Below are positions 34,599 through 38,072 of a stretch of 38,072 nt of DNA, one piece after another. Source of the stretch: Gonapodya sp. JEL0774 (lineage: Eukaryota); contig JADIIX010000177.1 in NCBI GenBank assembly GCA_027604505.1, positions 1 through 38,072 on the forward strand, given 5' to 3'. A model generated the notes under the pieces. The model saw only the letters and a program-made list of their open reading frames with translations, was not told the DNA's origin and did not search any database. The first letter of the stretch is position 1. The number at the start of each line of letters is the position of its first letter. The position numbers were made by a program, and so were the translations under genes.

Positions 34599-35171
34599 AC
34601 GATGTGAGCGGGAGCTGTTAGAGAAATTGCACCCTGGTTTGCCCAGCAGCTCCCTCCGCAACAGCCCCCCTCAGCCAGTGCCTCGCTCGGTTACGAATGT
34701 AAATGGACACATCAAACAGAGTAGAGTACAGTACACGACATAACTGTAAATGCGTTTTGCATAAAGATGATTTAGGAGTCAGTGCTTTATGGAAACAATC
34801 ATGCACTTCGCATCGTCATGAGCGCAACAGGATCTGAGTTCGATTTCGAACTCAAATCACCGCTTCATATAAATTACTTCCACACAACCTTGCTCTGATT
34901 GGCTAATTCGAGTTTTCCAATCACCTTTTTGCGTCCCAATCTCTTGATCTAGTTCTGACTTTCGATTCTGCTTCAAAAACTCACTCTCCCATCACTTCAT
35001 CGGCCGTGGGATATACCTGGCCATCCACTAAGAATCGGTCCGCGTCGAGTGCGTGATACGCAGCATCATACACAAAAGCCACCAACTCGTGGTCTACAAC
35101 CGCGACTGTACCGTCCTCAGTGGTGTTCATGACTGGTTCGTAGATATGCCAGCCTGCATCGGATTCGATGA
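34599..35171 (+). repeat. Segmental duplication, copy 2 (orphan last exon + ankyrin-gene upstream region)
   Basis: Matches 18896-19487 with a few substitutions and a ~20 bp deletion (cacacaactttgacattgacgaagttaccttgc becomes cacacaaccttgc). Confidence 0.95.
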
Positions 35172-35773
35172 AGGTTTGAAAGGGAGCCAAGGACAGACAC
35201 TCACATCTTTGACTTGCAAGCTGCTGTACAGTGTCGTTTTTCCCTACAATCGTAGCTATTCCGCGACCCCCATCCGACATCAGGTTGTGGGGAAGGCGGA
35301 GATCTGCCGGGAGCGGTATGAGCGAGAACAGCATCAACGACAAGAAGCGGTATGAGCAATAACAGCATCAACTACGAGAAGCGGAACTCTTCAACATCAT
35401 GGTTCTCAAGAAGTTCAATCGACCTCCAAACTCCTCAGAAATCCAATCATTCCTACACCAATCGGAATGAATTTGAATTATCGCGGCAACGGTTCGATCG
35501 TTCTACCGGCCAACTTCGTTCGTGCACTGCTCCATCTTGCCATTCGGGGGAGAGATGAGCTGCGGTAAATATTTAGATGAAGTGAGCGGGGGACACTGGG
35601 AGGGAGGTCGTTTTTGGTGCACAATGGTACGTGAAACAGTGTTCTTGTTCTGAAACTGTATTTTGGAATTGCTCATGATTCCTCTGACCTGTGTTCCTTT
35701 CTCTGTTCTCATATATACGAGGAGGGTGGAGGGCTTGGGTTCATGGCCCAGGCAAAGTTCAATTTATTATTTA

Positions 35774-36090
35774 AGAGCAACTCACCCTGTCCTGGGGGAT
35801 GGGTTGGACTTGAGCTCCAGAAGCAACTGTTGGTGGGGAATTCTGAGAGTATCTCACCCTGTCCTATGGGATGGGGTGGATTGGAGCTTTCCCAGTGTTC
35901 CCAGGAGTTCTGGGTGGCTTTAAATTCTTTGTACGGAGCACTGAGACCGAGACACAAATCAAGAGCCTGTCGGCTGCTGATCTGGACCCTCTTTGCGAAG
36001 CGCTGTTGGATTTGAGCATTTCACCCTACAGTGTGGGGTGGGGTGATTAAAATTATTCTTGGGAGAGCATCTCGCCCTGTCCTATCATGT
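35774..36090 (+). repeat. Four degenerate copies of a GAGCATCTCACCCTGTCCT...GGGRTGG motif
   Basis: Copies at 35774, 35846 (72 bp period), ~36013 and ~36064. Confidence 0.65.
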
Positions 36091-36805
36091 TGCTGGGTTA
36101 TAACGTTGGGCACGAGGGTAACCTTCTTGAGATGTCGCTGGATCAACCTCTCGCTTGTTTCTCAGAAGCCCCATTCTCTCCATGGAGCAATTGAGCATCA
36201 TCAAGCATATGAAAAGGTTCCGCTCTTTGCGGTTTCGGGTGTTGGAGGAGAATATGGCTTAAGTCGATGATGTGACCGACACGTAGAAGATCCAGGTGTC
36301 TCAATCTTGTGCTAGCCAAAAAGTAGGAAGACGTCTGACTAGTGTACTGCTGCTGTCGTCAACGGCTTCCACCGGTTTGTCAGAAGCAAAAGTCAGTTAG
36401 TATTTCTAGCTTGGCATCGATGTGTTCCTACACTGTAGTGGGGAGTTCACGAATCACTTGCCGTTCCTCTTCATCCTCTCCGTTCACCCTAACCGGACCT
36501 GTGACAAGAATGTGGGGAGGAAGAACAACACCAAGGACAGACACCAAGACGTCGAGCGTAGGATTCGTCGCCAACTATCCCAACACTATCTGGATTCAAA
36601 GTTGTACCATAGAGACGTTGGTAACCTGCGGTTATTGTTCATCTCAGTATTGTCAGCGTTATTGTGTCACACATATCACATGGCAACAACATTGCCTCTT
36701 TGCCGCATTGCTCTCAAATACGCGCGCTCAGAAGTCATTCATTTGTGGTCCATTTCCTCAATCGCAAACACCCACTGGAAACCTTCCGCTGTACCGTGAT
36801 GATTC

Positions 36806-38072
36806 ATGAATCCCAGAAACTCGTACCACTTTACTAGAAGGACGGGGCGCTTTCACAACTACGTTCGCCGAGATACCTTTGATCCGGGCGAGCAGAGGTG
36901 GATCTCTTACATTGTATCTTGTTGCGCCACAGCAGCTGCTGTGACTACGTGGCATGGATGGAACCTGTATCAGCTGTATGTCACGATTGTTGGAGATCTC
37001 CTGTTGGCGGAGATGAACTTCATAAGACCGGAACCAGACAGAGGTTACACGTTTCTTGGTGAGTGATTTTGGCGTCTCTCCCCTTGGTCGTAGTACACGG
37101 GGAAGAACTTCCACCAGGGAAAGGGAACTGTTGATGGGTTCACATATTGTTTCTGCCGTCTGTCTGAGTGCCAACTACGCTCATATAACTTGCTCACTAA
37201 TTGAAAACCTTTTATGATACTCTCTTTTCCCTGCACGTAATCCAAAGACTGGTCGCCCTACAGTGGAGATGTGGTCTTGCAGGGACATGTCATTCTGACT
37301 GACACACCAGTCCAAATGGCAGACTTCAATCATCTACCTGGCGACCAGGGTGGTTGGAGGAGACTCCATGACCCTCAGCAAGATGCTCCATTTCTCAATG
37401 CCTCCTGTGAGTTTTCTGCACGATGCGAGCTTGCTGCTTCCTTTGCCTGTCAGGAATCCCTGTGACCAACGACATATACTTTGGGATCTGGGTCACCTTT
37501 TTTTTTAAATTGCAATTAACAAAACTCTCTCATTTTTTCTGCCTACATTCAACAGCACAACCTGATCCTGTGTTTGCTCAAATTAGGACTGGGAAATTGG
37601 CCGGCAACAAGAACGATTTCACCCACATTTTACGAAATGTGTACCAGGGGACACATCCTTGTGAGAACAACGTCCCTTTACCTCAATAGTCTTGCGAATG
37701 GATTCCATATTGAATCTTGATGAATGATGCTTCCTAGATGTTCGGACCCCAGGGAAAAGGGCGGGTGATTTCGATCGTCTGATTGCGCACTTGAACACCA
37801 CATTCTACAAGCCTACGTTGCGTGAAGATTTCGGTGCGTTCCTTTTTGCAAAAATGGTCAGGAAATGTTCCACTTTCCTGCGATGTTGTTGACATGCATC
37901 TCGCCGTGGCACGGGCATAGTGTTTGATGCAACCAACAACATCCCATTTGGACCTGGCTCCGCTCACCCACCAGGGGATGAAATTGAGACAATGCCACCA
38001 GATGTGAAAGACATCCCGTACTGGTTGATTGAGAATCCACTTGATTTTGCAGCATCAACCATGGCAACAAGT
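36806..38072 (+). CDS. Partial multi-exon hypothetical (possibly degenerate) membrane protein running off the window
   Basis: Phase-1 compatible gtgagt...ag junctions give ...RWISYIVSCCATAAAVTTWHGWNLYQLYVTIVGDLL...GYTFL|VQMADF...NAS|SQPDPVF. A later open frame reads DFDRLIAHLNTTFYKPTLREDFGAFLFAKM...IPYWLIENPLDF. One junction does not fit cleanly, and the start is unknown. Confidence 0.4.

Noticed and set aside
35774..36090. Repeat-spacer pattern as a CRISPR array
   Set aside because: Repeats are degenerate and irregularly spaced, there are no cas genes, and the context is eukaryotic.
37553..37610. QPDPVFAQIRTGKL resembling a PIF1/Helitron helicase motif
   Set aside because: No Walker A/B or other helicase motifs nearby, and the spacing does not match.

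Overview
Eukaryotic, intron-rich genomic DNA (short GT-AG introns, CTRAC-like branch points), so the ORF track shows only exon fragments; the gene models below were spliced by hand. Gene content suggests a zoosporic early-diverging fungus (chytrid/Monoblepharidomycota-like; inference). In order: a repeat-rich, gene-poor start (MITE-like hairpin, interleaved inverted repeats, purine-rich degenerate array); a disabled Cache-TM-HAMP sensor-like gene; an ISG12/IFI27-family gene; a secreted Cys-rich protein with a hydrophobic Gly/Ala C-terminal domain; a multi-exon receptor-like gene (signal peptide-PAN-PAN-C-type lectin-Thr mucin-TM-Gly/Asn repeat tail); an ankyrin-coiled coil-SH3 gene; an unknown gene; an intron-containing, bacterial-like MhpA-type FAD monooxygenase; a 96-N gap; two tandem, diverged CBA1-like (periplasmic-binding-fold) membrane proteins; a protein with two CX2CX16CX2C GATA-like fingers sitting just downstream of a ~575 bp duplicated segment carrying the ankyrin gene's upstream region; and a truncated unknown gene at the right edge. 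The most interesting items are the lectin receptor with its repeat tail and its defence-like neighbours, the diverged CBA1-like pair, and the possible promoter capture.
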